Counted from the whole stretch's first letter, positions 1 through 12,617 are shown. The stretch is DNA of 63,560 bases, filler included, from Octopus bimaculoides (GCF_001194135.2; 6 parts of 5 records of this genome joined end to end with filler, not necessarily neighbours in it), one strand, 5' to 3'. A program made the numbers and translations. The notes: generated by a model not told the origin, from the letters alone.

Positions 1-11
1 ATATACATATA

Positions 12-48
<37 letters not shown>

Positions 49-50
49 GT

Positions 51-612
51 ACACAGGGTGCGTAAGGTATTTGAGGATATACTTTTTAAGGTCGTTGCTG
101 CATATTTTGCTAACTCTGTACAATCTTTGCTTCAGAAAATAATAATGGCAGACCCTCAGCTTACTCAAGAAATGAAGAGGCAGGTTGTTATTGTGGTTAT
201 AAAGGCTGAGCATAACGATTTAGAAATATCTCAATTTTTAAAAGTTGCCAGATATTTCATCTACAAAGTTTTTAAGGAGCTAGAAACTGAAGATGGAAAT
301 GTATTACCAGTATCAAAGCATAGAATGCATTCTAAACACTGAAATTATCAGAACACCTGAATTTATCCACCAAGTTCAACAAACTATTAATTACAGTCCC
401 AGAAAGTTCATGACATCAATTGCAAAAGATCTCCATGTGTCAGAAGGATCAGTCAGAAAGGTTGTCCACGAAGACATCAGATATAAGTCTTATATGATGA
501 GGAAAGGTCAATTTGTCAGAAAAAGCAAAAGAAAATCACTATATCAGATCTAAAAGTCTCTTAAACAAACTGAAAAATCTAGCAGAAAATTTCATTTGGT
601 TTTTCTCAAATT
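51..612 (+). mobile_element. Tc1/mariner-superfamily transposase remnant (HTH region to start of catalytic domain)
   Basis: Three overlapping ORFs (58-342, 293-553, 513-755) join by frameshifts into ...IIRTPEFIHQVQQTINYSPRKFMTSIAKDLHVSEGSVRKVVHEDIRYKSY...RSKSLLNKLK...IWFFS. Begins with a CAGGGTG-like TIR start after a TA repeat. Confidence 0.8.
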
Positions 613-824
613 TGGTTTTTCTAAATAACCCTCAAGCTACACCTAACAATTTGAAATTAAGAAATATACACAGGATAGGATGGTCACAGATTAAGGTCGA
701 AAGTAGGATAAGTCGACCCCATCAGAATTTAAACACGGAATGTGAAGGGTGTTGAAGAAATACAGATAGGTATTTTACCTGATGCTTTTTATAATTCTGC
801 CAGCTCACTTAACTTCTAATACAA

Positions 825-1047
825 TAATTTATTTTGCGATAGGCATAGGGCCTGAAATTTTGGGGAGGGGGATAGTTGATTACATTGACCCCTGTACTTA
901 ACTGGTACTTATTTTATCGACCCTAAACAGATGAAAGGCAAAGTCGACCTTGGCAGAATGTAAAAACAGATCTCAGAATGTAAAAACGGATGAAATACTG
1001 CGAAGCATTTCACCTGGTGTGCTTATGATTTTGCCAGCTCACTGCCT
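825..1047 (-). mobile_element. tRNA-derived SINE, family B (Nin/Deu-like core)
   Basis: Reverse complement of gagctggcagaa...gtcgactttgcctttcatcc..gtcgataaaataagtaccag, which recurs many times in the window. Confidence 0.75.
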
Positions 1048-1269
1048 TTACCTCTGATATACTAATGAACTCTAATTTAGGCACAAATCCAGCAGCTTAT
1101 TGTTGTTAATCAATACTACTGATCCCAGTGTGTTGATATTAAAAGGGGTATCCAACAGTATAGAACCATAACAGTGTAAACAGTGGACATTAAAACAATG
1201 ATGATATTTATCTGAGTGCGCATGTATTCCTATAGAGATAATCACTGGAGGTTGACCTCAATCTAAACA

Positions 1270-1801
1270 ACAACTACAACAACAACAACAACAACCCCAT
1301 ATACCTCAGTAACACAGTTTACACTTCATTTACTATGTTGATAATGATATCTACCTTCAAAACCATAACCAAAATGCAACATACACAATTAGCAGGTCCA
1401 CAAAGTACCCCACCCCCACCCTCCAATTCCTCAACTGCTTCACCTCTAATCACTCCCACTACGCTCCTAATATCATTGCTCTTACAACCCGATGCTGCTG
1501 TCACGAAGTCAACAATATCTAATTGCCTTTCAAACTCCACTCCATGCTCAACGTAACTCAAAACCCAACCTGTATACCACCAGCATCCGCACCACCTTCT
1601 ACTATCACCATCACCATCACCACAACAACATCCACACACACACACACAATTACTCTCGTTATCAAAATACACTCCACTACAATAATTACTTATACCTCAG
1701 TCATAGTTTTTGTTTTGTCTTTTTTTTTATTTTCTGCTTTTTGATAGAATCAGCTACTATTGACAACACCATCAACACTTCATGGAAAACAACAACAACA
1801 A

Positions 1802-1833
<32 letters not shown>

Positions 1834-2250
1834 CCTATTACTACTACTACTACTGCTGCTACTACTACTACCTCATCAGCAATCACAAGCAATAACAGTA
1901 ACTACTACTACCACCACTACCACCATCCCTTCCACAACAGCCACTACTATTATTACCATTATCACTACCACAGCTGCTACTACTACTACTACTACTACCA
2001 CTACCACTACTACTACTACTACAATCTAATCAACAATCATAAACAATAACAATGATTACCACCACAAACATCGCTACTACAACTACTATTACCACCACCA
2101 CCACTACTACAATCTAATCAACAGTCACAATAAACATCAACTATCACTACAGACATTGCTACTATTGCTGCTGCTGTTACTACTACTACTACTACTACTA
2201 CTATCTTAACAAAAGGAAACTACTGCCACCACCACCACCACCAACAAGAA
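1270..2250. repeat. Degenerate (ACT/ACC/AAC)n low-complexity tract
   Basis: Direct reading of trinucleotide runs. Confidence 0.9.
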
Positions 2251-2913
2251 CAGTTAAACAAAAACCACAAATCTCTCCAAACTGTTATTAGTTATCAACA
2301 GTTCAAATTTTACTCTGAACCATATCAAATCCCCACCCCGCTACTCACCGACCCCCTATCCCACTCACCAATACCCATCTTTCAACATACATAATTACCC
2401 TCATTATTAAGAACAGCTAATTCACTATTAAAACTACATCAATGACAATCTCTCAATGGGTCACGCGAATGTTAGAAATAGCAGTGAAAGTCCGTCCCCT
2501 CCCCCCCCCCCCNNNNNNNNNNNNNNNNNNNNNNNNNNNNNNNAGCAAATCAAACAGATAGATGCTACCATCTCGCGGAGTGGGGGAGGGAGAGGAATAT
2601 TTCAATATTGTCCCAGACATATTGACTGAGAGAAAAAAAAATGACAGAAAAACAAAAACAAAATATGGGATGGTCACGGCTGTAGTGCCTTTGTTCAATG
2701 AGCTGTATGCTTATATATCAGAGCTGACCGGGAACCAAACAGTTACAACCCCCACAACCACTACCACCATCATCATCATCATCATCATCATCACCACCAC
2801 CACCACCACCGCCATCACTACCACCAACAACAACATTGTAAACACAGTAAACTTTACAGTGTAAAGTGTTGAACGTTATCATTGTTTTCAATTGGATCGT
2901 ATTTTATTAGTTA

Positions 2914-2965
<52 letters not shown>

Positions 2966-3008
2966 GTAACCCATTACAGCTATCACCACCAACACCACGA
3001 CCATTATT

Positions 3009-3215
3009 GAGCTGGCAGAATGGTTAGCATGCTGGATGAAATGCTAAGCAGTATTTCGTCTGCAGCTACTTTCTGAGTTCAAATTCCGCTGAGGTCGACT
3101 TTACCTTTCATCCTTTCGGGGTCGATAAATTAAGTACCAGTGAAACACTGGGGTTGATGTAATTGTCTAGTCCCCTCCCCCAAAATTTCAGGCTTTGTGC
3201 CTATAGTAGAAAGAA
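3009..3215 (+). mobile_element. SINE family B
   Basis: gagctggcagaatggttagc...gagttcaaattcc (A/B-box-like head), core cctttcatcctttcggggtcgataaattaagtaccag, (ATT)n tail. Confidence 0.85.
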
Positions 3216-3640
3216 TTATTATTATTATTATTATTATTACTATTATTATTATTATTATTGTCTTTTCGGGAGTCGATAAAATAAGTACCAGTTGAACACT
3301 GGAGTCGACATAACAGATTAACGGAGAACTACAAGGCCGCCATAGAAGTGTTACCTTGCGGAGAAAATCAATGCATTGGGCTCCTAGAGTATTATTTACT
3401 GACTGAAAATCAGAACTGGGACCCTAGACCCGTGAGGCCTCCGGGTAATTGCTCAGTGAGCCCCTGTCTTAAGGCAGCACTAGTCATCGCTTCTGTTCAC
3501 CCATCATTATTTTCGTCACTATAATACATCAAACACGGTTATGTATCACTTTTACCACAGCTAAAATCCTTCACCATCACCTCCTCCACCGTAATAACTC
3601 TTGCTTTACATTACAAGCATTATAATCTTAACGATTATTG

Positions 3641-4030
3641 CCATGGTAAGAAGTTTGTTTCTGAACCACATGGTTACGGGTTCAGTCCAACTGCGGGATA
3701 CCTTGGGCAAGTGTCTTCTGCTATAGGCTCGGGCCGATCAAAACCTTGTGAGTGGATTTGGTGAACGGAAACTCAAAGAAGACCGTCGTAGATATAAATA
3801 TATGTATATGTTTATGTGTGTGTCTTTTTGTCCGTAACTGTCCCCCTACTACCGCTTGACAACCGGTATTGGTGTGTTTACATTCCCGTAACTTAGCAGT
3901 TCGGTAAAAGTGAACGATAGAATAAGTACTAAGCTTAACAAAAATAACTCCTGGGTAGATTTGTTCGATTAAAACACTTGAAAGCGGAGCTCCAGCATGG
4001 CTGCAGTCAAATAATTGAAACAAGGAACAA
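3641..4030 (+). mobile_element. tRNA-derived SINE, family A
   Basis: ggttcagtcc B-box head, ccttgggcaagtgtcttct, central microsatellite, 3' ctccagcatggctgcagtcaaat; homologous to 59291-59785. Confidence 0.85.
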
Positions 4031-4124
4031 TTTAATTATCTCTAATAGTGACTAAGGGTGCAGGGTAGGGCTTACATTGCTAGAAACAACAGTCAAAGAC
4101 CATTAGGCCTCACACAACACACAC

Positions 4125-4283
4125 ATACATGGAGGGCTTCTTTCCGTTTCTATCAAATCCATTCGCAAGGCTTTCATGGGGGCAATAATAGAAGACACTT
4201 GCCTAAGGTGCCATGCAGTGGGATTGAACCTGAAAGCATGTGATTGGGAAGCAAATTTTCTTACCACACTATCACACCTGCGT
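4125..4283 (-). mobile_element. SINE family A, 5' half
   Basis: Reverse complement of the family A head (agaagacacttgcctaaggtgccatgcagtgggattgaacc). Confidence 0.8.
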
Positions 4284-4446
4284 CTATACTCAATGTAAAC
4301 AAGTGAAAGTGAATTTCTAGGGGAGGGAAATTAGTCGACTGCATCGATGTTAGTACTCAACTAGTACCTAATCGACCTTGGAAGTAAAAACAATATCTTC
4401 CTCGGGGAGATTCGAATTCAGGATGTAAAGAACCATACCTAAATAC

Positions 4447-4666
4447 CTATTTCTTTACTGCCCACAAGGGGTTATACACAGAGGGGACAAACAAGGACAG
4501 ACAAACAGATTAAGTCGATTATATCGACCCCAGTGCGTAACTGGCACTTATTTAATCGACCCCGAAAGGATGAAAGGCAAAGTCGACCTCGGCGGAATTT
4601 GAACTCAGAACGTAGCGGCAGACAAAATACCGCTAAGCATTTCGCCCGGTGTGCTAACGTTTCTGA
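4447..4666 (-). mobile_element. SINE family B, well preserved copy
   Basis: atcgaccccgaaaggatgaaaggcaaagtcgacctcggcggaatttgaactcagaacg. Confidence 0.88.
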
Positions 4667-5089
4667 TACCGTTAGTTTTTCTGTCTGACGCTCAAACAAT
4701 TCAGTAAATTCACTGTACATACATACATACACTTATGCATTTATATGTGTATGTATGTGTGTGTAAGTACACATTTAATCACATATCCTTCGCCCCACCC
4801 TCTCTCTCTCTCTCTATGTGTGTATGTGTATACACACATATATAAATACATGTGTAGAACTTCCACTGTATGCGTGTGAGTGCATATGTAAGAACGTATA
4901 TACTTGTACGTACATATATAAACACACAATCTTCTCTCTCTCTCTGACCGTCTATTATGTGTGTGTGTGTGAATACACACATATATATAAATACAGGCAT
5001 GTAAAAAACTACGATGTGAAAGTACTTTTTTTTTTATCTGTCTCTCGCCTCACTTTAAAAGAATAAATCACTTTCTATCTAACTCTATC

Positions 5090-6010
5090 GCTGTCTCATC
5101 GCCCACGCAAAGGCAATACTTGTCACAAACACGTGGTCCGTGGGTGTTGGCACGTGTCTCGACTCGTGCAATTCCTTTAGCCCACACGTTTGGTCGGCTT
5201 TTCAGCGTTAAGCGAAACGGAGTGCGGTGGTCGCACTCCCTTGATTCCGTGTGTACTATATATATACACACACTTTGTGAATGACTCGCGAACTCAACGT
5301 AAATGAAATGAACGAAATAGATAACTGCTTCGTATGCAAGTGCTACTGCCACTGCCACCACCACTTCTGCTACTTCTATACATAGAACGGAAGTTCTCCC
5401 CTCTCTCTCTCTCTTTTTCACCATTTTCCTCTCCCTATTTCACTCTCTCTCGATCTACGTACATTTGTATGTACATCCACCCACTCGCAAGCTCACTTAT
5501 AAATATACAAACACACACGAACACTTGTTTCTTTTTCTGGCACAACTGCTCCATTATCAACTTCCCTGAATTCCAATTCATATTTTAAATGATCTTATAC
5601 TCTCGCATAGGCACTTACGTTACTTGTTTCTTTTTCTTTCAGCCTCTCTGTCTATCTCTCGCTACACACATGTATTATAGATGGACAAAGAGGAAAAAGA
5701 GTATCCCATGCATGTAGTTATTATTTCGAAGCTGCTCATCAACTCCGTTCGTTCAAGATACACACACACGCATACACATTTGCACTCGAGCGCGCGAACG
5801 ACTGGCAACGTTAACGATGGATTTGAAGAAACTTAACTATTTCATACAAATTGCGAGGAATTCGTACGAAAATTACTTAGGTAAAAAGAGATATAATAAG
5901 AAAACAGTTTGATGCTTTCAATATATGTCTAAAAGAGAAAAACTCTTAACCCCCCACTGCGCGTGTGAAGGCGCTGGAAAATTTCCCAGGGGTACTTTAT
6001 GCACGAGAAG
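5090..6010. promoter_or_regulatory. CpG-enriched putative promoter/5' region
   Basis: Visible excess of CG relative to flanks, two CACGTG E-boxes, CGCGCG motifs, and a minus-strand GTAAGT donor at 5618-5613. No coding exon identified. Confidence 0.35.
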
Positions 6011-6384
6011 CATACTTAAGTGCAGTCTACCGTATTTGTCACGAGATGAAAATAAATTTCACTCTATTGAAATTATATCTGTAAATGAAGACTTTTTTTC
6101 ACAAGGGACAAGGGAGAAAACTTCAAATATTTAAATCAAATTGTGGAGAAAAAGGCGTGCGACTGTTTTGTTTTGTTTTTTTGGTACAGATACAACGTTG
6201 ATTTTGCGACACCTTTGCTTCCAAAGCCATTCCGGCTTCTTGATTTTTTCCGAATGAAGGGAAGTTACATTCTAAATTGAACAAATATTAAATTTATTTA
6301 AATAAGTAAATGAAATGCAGGTACCTATAGATTAGTATAAATTAAACAAGTTTATTAATATTGTACTGTGCGTGATACCAGTTA

Positions 6385-6770
6385 ACTAATTTGGCGACCT
6401 CGGGATTTTGAAGTTCCTGTTCGTTGTTTAATGCAGACTATTCCGGGAAGTCGATGTTGTGCCTGCAGTTTTGATGACATCGGATATCTTTCGACGCTAC
6501 CGGGATCTCCTCTGTGCATCATAACCGCTAAGCTTACACACACACACACACATTTCCACTTTTCTATGCCAGTCGCTTTATCTTTGATTACTCTTGATAC
6601 CAACCTCCCCCATTTCAGTATTTACCATTTCTTTATCGCTCTCTATGTTCTTTTCGGATTTGGTCCTTAATATCAAAGTAACCCGATTTCAGTTCTCGCT
6701 TCTTACCATTTCGGTGGTCATATCTGCTAGAAAGAGTCGTCGAATCTGCTTCACAAACTACAAGCCACCG
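6385..6770 (-). mobile_element. Highly decayed RTE-type LINE ORF2 C-terminal remnant
   Basis: Minus-strand frames give LKWGRLVSRVIKD and RRSR*RRKISDVIKTAGTT, resembling KWxWAGHVAR...RGRPxxRWxDDI of RTE C-termini. Confidence 0.4.
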
Positions 6771-7117
6771 GTTTAAAAATGGAAGGACATCTTAGATTGC
6801 ATGGTTATGGATATGCTTTACCTCAACAAACCAGACAGGATGGTCATAACCAAGATGCCATTAGGCATAGGTGTCCTGATCATAGTGTAACTGTTAGATT
6901 TTCAAAACCCTTGATAAAGGCACGAACGGTGCACGTAATCACTTCCCGTCATGTTTAAGTCGGGGTGAAAAAGGCAAGAACTGAAAATTTAGATGACAAG
7001 GGAAGAAGTTTAATCCCACAGCATGACACGTTAGGTGCCTTCTACTATAGCCTCGCGCCGACCCAAGCCTTGTTAGTAGATTTGGTCACAAACACATACA
7101 TACGCGCGCGCGCGTGT

Positions 7118-7637
7118 GGAAGAAGAGAAATTGGAAAGCTTCTGACAATGCAGAAAGTTTAACAAAATCTTTACATTTCAGGAGCAAAGGCCCATCCTTT
7201 CCGCATTGTCAGAAGCCTTCCCATTTTCCCTTCTTCGATATTACAATACTTCAAGTGAACAACAACGCTCTTACTTCCTTATGCCTGAGTCAAGACACGT
7301 TTGCTACAGTCAAAGAAATGTTCAATTTTTAGTTAATGGAACATGTATAAATGGACATTTCACAAACTGTTTTTCTTCTATGGGTGGGCATTTACGTCTG
7401 AAATATAAAGGTTTTGTTAAACTTCCCGCATTGTCAGAAGCTTTCCTATTCTCCCTTCTCCAATGTTACAACGCGCAACGTGGAAGGTGTTTATAAGCCA
7501 TGTAAAAACACACAAAAGCCGTTAGATTCATTTCAACATTTAGATTTAATTTGTCAAAATATTTTCGTCACTTTGAAACCGCGATCTGTTCGCTGACAAA
7601 ATTTCGTGCTGCACGAAATTTTGTCAGTGAAGAGATC
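7118..7637. repeat. Foldback/MITE-like element with inverted and direct subrepeats
   Basis: About 7118-7185 is an inverted copy of about 7397-7465, with a further direct copy at about 7200-7255. A 26-bp-arm hairpin at 7583-7637 abuts the gap. Confidence 0.7.
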
Positions 7638-8600
7638 NNNNNNNNNNNNNNNNNNNNNNNNNNNNNNNNNNNNNNNNNNNNNNNNNNNNNNNNNNNNNNN
7701 NNNNNNNNNNNNNNNNNNNNNNNNNNNNNNNNNNNNNNNNNNNNNNNNNNNNNNNNNNNNNNNNNNNNNNNNNNNNNNNNNNNNNNNNNNNNNNNNNNNN
7801 NNNNNNNNNNNNNNNNNNNNNNNNNNNNNNNNNNNNNNNNNNNNNNNNNNNNNNNNNNNNNNNNNNNNNNNNNNNNNNNNNNNNNNNNNNNNNNNNNNNN
7901 NNNNNNNNNNNNNNNNNNNNNNNNNNNNNNNNNNNNNNNNNNNNNNNNNNNNNNNNNNNNNNNNNNNNNNNNNNNNNNNNNNNNNNNNNNNNNNNNNNNN
8001 NNNNNNNNNNNNNNNNNNNNNNNNNNNNNNNNNNNNNNNNNNNNNNNNNNNNNNNNNNNNNNNNNNNNNNNNNNNNNNNNNNNNNNNNNNNNNNNNNNNN
8101 NNNNNNNNNNNNNNNNNNNNNNNNNNNNNNNNNNNNNNNNNNNNNNNNNNNNNNNNNNNNNNNNNNNNNNNNNNNNNNNNNNNNNNNNNNNNNNNNNNNN
8201 NNNNNNNNNNNNNNNNNNNNNNNNNNNNNNNNNNNNNNNNNNNNNNNNNNNNNNNNNNNNNNNNNNNNNNNNNNNNNNNNNNNNNNNNNNNNNNNNNNNN
8301 NNNNNNNNNNNNNNNNNNNNNNNNNNNNNNNNNNNNNNNNNNNNNNNNNNNNNNNNNNNNNNNNNNNNNNNNNNNNNNGAAAGATTAGAAATAAACTTCT
8401 AACGTATGCATGCGTCTTTTATTATTATTTCTCTCATCGTTTGTCTTTTAATAACCTGTAATTTACCATATGCTTTCATATCTGTCATCATTCTTTATAT
8501 TTTCCTGTCAATCAATGCTATTCTCTTTCTCTTGTCACTGTTCTTTATCAGAATATCATATTGTTTACTAGCCAATTTGAAACAAAACTCCCACCTTTCG

Positions 8601-8638
<38 letters not shown>

Positions 8639-8960
8639 ACACACACACACACACTTACTTACTCGCTCATTGGCATAGTCTTTTACTTCCTCTTCTCTCA
8701 TTTCCACACGTAGGCTGTAAATTTAACGTTCTCTCCGCATTTAATCTCACATTTCTATCTTAGCCATATGTGCTGTTCTTTAACTTCAAAATGGTCGGGT
8801 TTCACTTGTCTTAGTCATCAGACCATGCTCATGCTGGAACACTGAAATGCAGGGTTTTAGTTAATTATTTCGACTCCAGTACGTTACATTTTAATAATTC
8901 GTTGAGACCATTTACACTTTAACAAGCAGTTTAAATCCGAATCTTAAACCCTAACCCTAA

Positions 8961-9660
8961 TCTCCCCCTTGTAAACATAAAGACATAGGAAATATGTCAA
9001 GGATGACAGGAAGCGGTGCTGCTTCCTAGGGCTAAATAGCAGTAGTATTATTCCCTACATGGGACTGTCACATTAATTTGACAGCATACAACTACTTTAT
9101 CACATCACAGCTGCATAAATCTCTCTGAGAGATTTAGAAATGCAAGCACCAACACTTAGCTAAGCTAAGTGGGGGTGCTTGTCTCTCCCTTGTAAATATA
9201 AGGACACAGGAAATGTGTCAAGGCCGACAGGAAGCAGTGCTGCTTCCTAGGGCTAAATAGAAGTAGTATTATTCCCTTCATGGGACTGTCACATTAACTT
9301 GACAGCATACAACTACTTTATCACATCACAACTGCATAAATCTCTCTGAGAGATTTAGAAATGCATTATTTCTATTTTTGAAATCAGTGAATGTGTTTAA
9401 CTAGAATTATTATATGTTTACGAGAGCATCTCCAACTAGCAGGCCATTGCTACTCCAGACTGATGACGAGCAAAGACTCAGAAACATGAAACTGGATGCA
9501 AGCTTAGCTAAGTGGGGGTGCTTGTCTCTCCCTTGTAAACATAAGGACACAGGAAATGTGTCAAGGCCGACAGGAAGCAGTGCTGCTTCCTAGGGCTAAT
9601 AGCAGTAGTATTATTCCCTTCATGGGACTGTCACATTAAATTGACAGCATACAACAACTT
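8961..9660 (+). repeat. Tandem repeat, ~343-bp unit, three partial copies, hairpin-rich
   Basis: agctaagtggggg recurs at 9163 and 9506; ccttgtaaacataa...ttgacagcatacaac occurs three times. Confidence 0.9.
9447..9501 (+). ncRNA. Degenerate type I hammerhead ribozyme motif
   Basis: CTGATGA (9460-66), stem II GAG/CTC, GAAAC (9481-85), stem I TTGC..TCCAG / CTGGA.GCAA. The cleavage triplet reads GAA rather than GUH. Confidence 0.5.
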
Positions 9661-10084
9661 TAAACTATCTATGTTAACTGAAAATTTCAAGAAATAAAAT
9701 GGTAATACATTGTCCCTGCAAAAGTTCTTGTAGAAATATTACATTGTACCACGAATGTGCACCAGACTTTGTGGAATGTCTTCTATGATATCTATTGAAC
9801 ATGAACTTAGCTCTCAGCTTGATTCTGAACTGATTGATAATTTTGTGAAGTGAAAAGTGCACCATGTTTGTCTTTGAAAGTTGCCTGGATTATAAAAATG
9901 CTCTTTTATTCATATCTGGAAATTTTGCTTACTGAAATTTGTAATAGACCTAAATAAATTTAACTTGTACTTTAAAGATGTTCTTTAGGATAATGTAAAA
10001 TATTGAACTTCAGATAAATTAAAGTAAAATATAGCTATGAATAAAAGGTGTGTAGATTATGAATTTTGATTGAAGGGATAGGGC

Positions 10085-10330
10085 CTCGAAAAGTTACACG
10101 ACGGAGCTGATCCCAGGTCACAGAGACATCCTCATGCGACATGCAAACCAGGTCCACCAGTGCTCTCCATTACTGACGGTGCTGTACCAGCCCCTCTACA
10201 TCCTCCAAAGTGATGCCAAGCCTCTGGAGATCTTTCCCAATCACTTCAAAGCCATCTGGTTTGGGGCCTGCCACAAGGCCTCTTCCAGCCTGCAGCACAA
10301 TTTCGAATTACTAAATTGTATTCACAAGAC
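10085..10330 (-). mobile_element. RTE-type LINE 3' remnant
   Basis: Minus-strand translation EVIGKDLQRLGITLEDVEGLVQHRQ*WRALVDLV fits the RTE C-terminus (DLxxLG...AQDRxxWR). Confidence 0.65.
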
Positions 10331-11479
10331 TTTGGTTAGCCTGAGGTTAGGATTTGTTCAAAGTGTTGTCTAGCAACCACATGATTGTGAAGTGAACTTG
10401 TCTACACAGCCAGTCAGGTTTTTTCTAAATTAAGCCTCTTCACCCGGTTGACCCAGCCAGGGGTTGATAAGTTCCAGCTTGCATCCCAGTAACAACAAAT
10501 CACCGGTCTACCTTCTTTATCCAAAGCCATCAAAATAACCTTCACTGCAGTTTAGTTTTGAAGGAATTTATGGTACTAATCTTTCCTGAATTGGTAATTA
10601 CAAGCCCAGTCATAGTCTTGCAAACATTCCTGTAATTATGAGTTGAGTAGCACAGTAATTATCTCACAAATTACCAAGGTAATTTGTGGCAAGTCCATAA
10701 GTTTGGCCTTTGTTGCATTACACAGATAAGGGTGGCAGGGAAAGTAATCATTGGATAAGAGGAGATAGCTTAGTGGATGTACTCAGTCATGAAATGTATA
10801 GTACCAACTCCCAATGATTACATGAACCCAGGCAGAACTTGCCTCGTGATATACCTATTAGCCCTAGTTTCTACACTGATCTATCAGTTCCTGGTATTTG
10901 GCAGGCTTTCTCTCATGAGCTTTCTCCATGAGTTCTTCCTCAGAGCACGGTCAGTTCCGATATGATCACTTGTTTGGTAGAGTTTGAGAAGACCACAATG
11001 TCTGAGTATATTGTATTTAGGATTAGACACTATGGTTTCTTTAAATTTAAAAATGGTGTGTCAGTTGAATGGGTTCCTATTGGAAGATAAGCAACTGCTC
11101 AGAAGAGAGAAAACCTATTTATGGAGATAACATAAAAATAAAAAAAGGGACAGAGTATGAATCTTTTCTGAGCAGCCAGATGGCATGTAATCTGAGATAT
11201 CTGAAATAAAGTTGTTTAACAGTCTCCTCATTAAAAATAAATAAGTAAAGATCTATCATAATTAGGTGAATAAAATATCAGCAAATCTGTTGATTTCGTT
11301 ATATACAGCATGAAATATTTGTGACTAATTGTGTACATGTTTTTACACATGAATAACAAGCTTCAAACCAGCTGCATGCTCTTTGTTAGGTCCCTAGCAA
11401 AACAGTTTTCATATTTTAGTTCATATAATCGTTGGTAGTTGCTACTATACATTTTATGACTGAGTTACATCTACTAAGC

Positions 11480-11686
11480 CAGGGGTCGGTGAACTGGGGG
11501 TAAATACCCTAAGTGGGGTAAAAATGGATTCTTGAGGGTAATGAGGACTCATTAGACATAAGTAAAATTATATAAAAAAAACGTGTTCCTTCTTATCTAT
11601 ATTCTTTCTTTTGAATCAAGTGGGTAACATCAATGTAAATAAATATATTTTGGGGTAATTGTTTAAAAAAAGTTCCCTAACCCCTG
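11480..11686. mobile_element. hAT-type MITE
   Basis: TIRs caggggtcggtgaact / agttccctaacccctg and an 8-bp TSD tactaagc (11472-79) / cactaagc (11687-94). Confidence 0.85.
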
Positions 11687-12055
11687 CACTAAGCTATCAT
11701 CCTATCCAATGATTACTCCCTCCACCCCCACCTTGCCTGTGTAACACAGCAAAAGCCAGACTTATGGACTTGCCATAAGGACCTTAGTAATTTGTGAAAT
11801 AATTACCATGTCATTCACCTCTTAATTACAAAAAACTTTTGAACACACACACACGCACACTCTCACTCTCCCCACCTTTTTGTATTTCTGTTATTAGCCA
11901 CCTTTTGTTACACACTCTCTTATTTTCTTCTCTATCCTATTTTACTGACCCACTCTGGTTTTGAAATTTCTTGCGGTCATTTAGCTTAATTAAGCAGACC
12001 AATGAGCAAAAGTGTTTCAGGGGTGGTCGTTCCTTTGTTTTTTTTTTAAGATATA

Positions 12056-12136
<81 letters not shown>

Positions 12137-12617
12137 GAGCTGAGGGAGAATTGGCTGAAATTTTTAGCAGGTCAAGGAATCAAAAATCTAAGAGCTTTCT
12201 TGGAAACTTGTCCTCATTTAGACCCCAGACCAATCCTAGCATCCAGCAAACTTACCATCAAAGGAACCCTCTCTCTTACAATGACTGCATTAACTGATGT
12301 GTCTACTTCTTATTCTAGAAGGGAGATCTAGTGGTCATTTCTAGCTGATTAAACAACCATATGGAAGCTTTCTCTTTGTTGTCACCAGGTGTCCTCTCCC
12401 CAAACAGCTCTGAATGCATTAAGATAGAAAATAGCGTAAGACTTTAAAAAATTATGCTAATTAGCATTTAAAAAAATATGTCGTAGGTTTCTTTGGTGTG
12501 GGTTTTTATATGTTGTCGGGTTTTTTTTTTTCTGTTTTTATGATGATAGGAGATGTGCAGGTTGGGTGTCTCTGAAAGTAAAAAGTGATATGAAGATAAC
12601 AGTGCGGTGACTATGAA

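Noticed and set aside
8947-8960. CCCTAACCCTAA telomere-like repeat
   Set aside because: Only about two units; common in repeats and by chance.
9700-9830. Cys-rich fragment IHCPCKSSCR..CTRLCG resembling a transposon CXC domain
   Set aside because: Short, frameshifted and not verifiable without a search.
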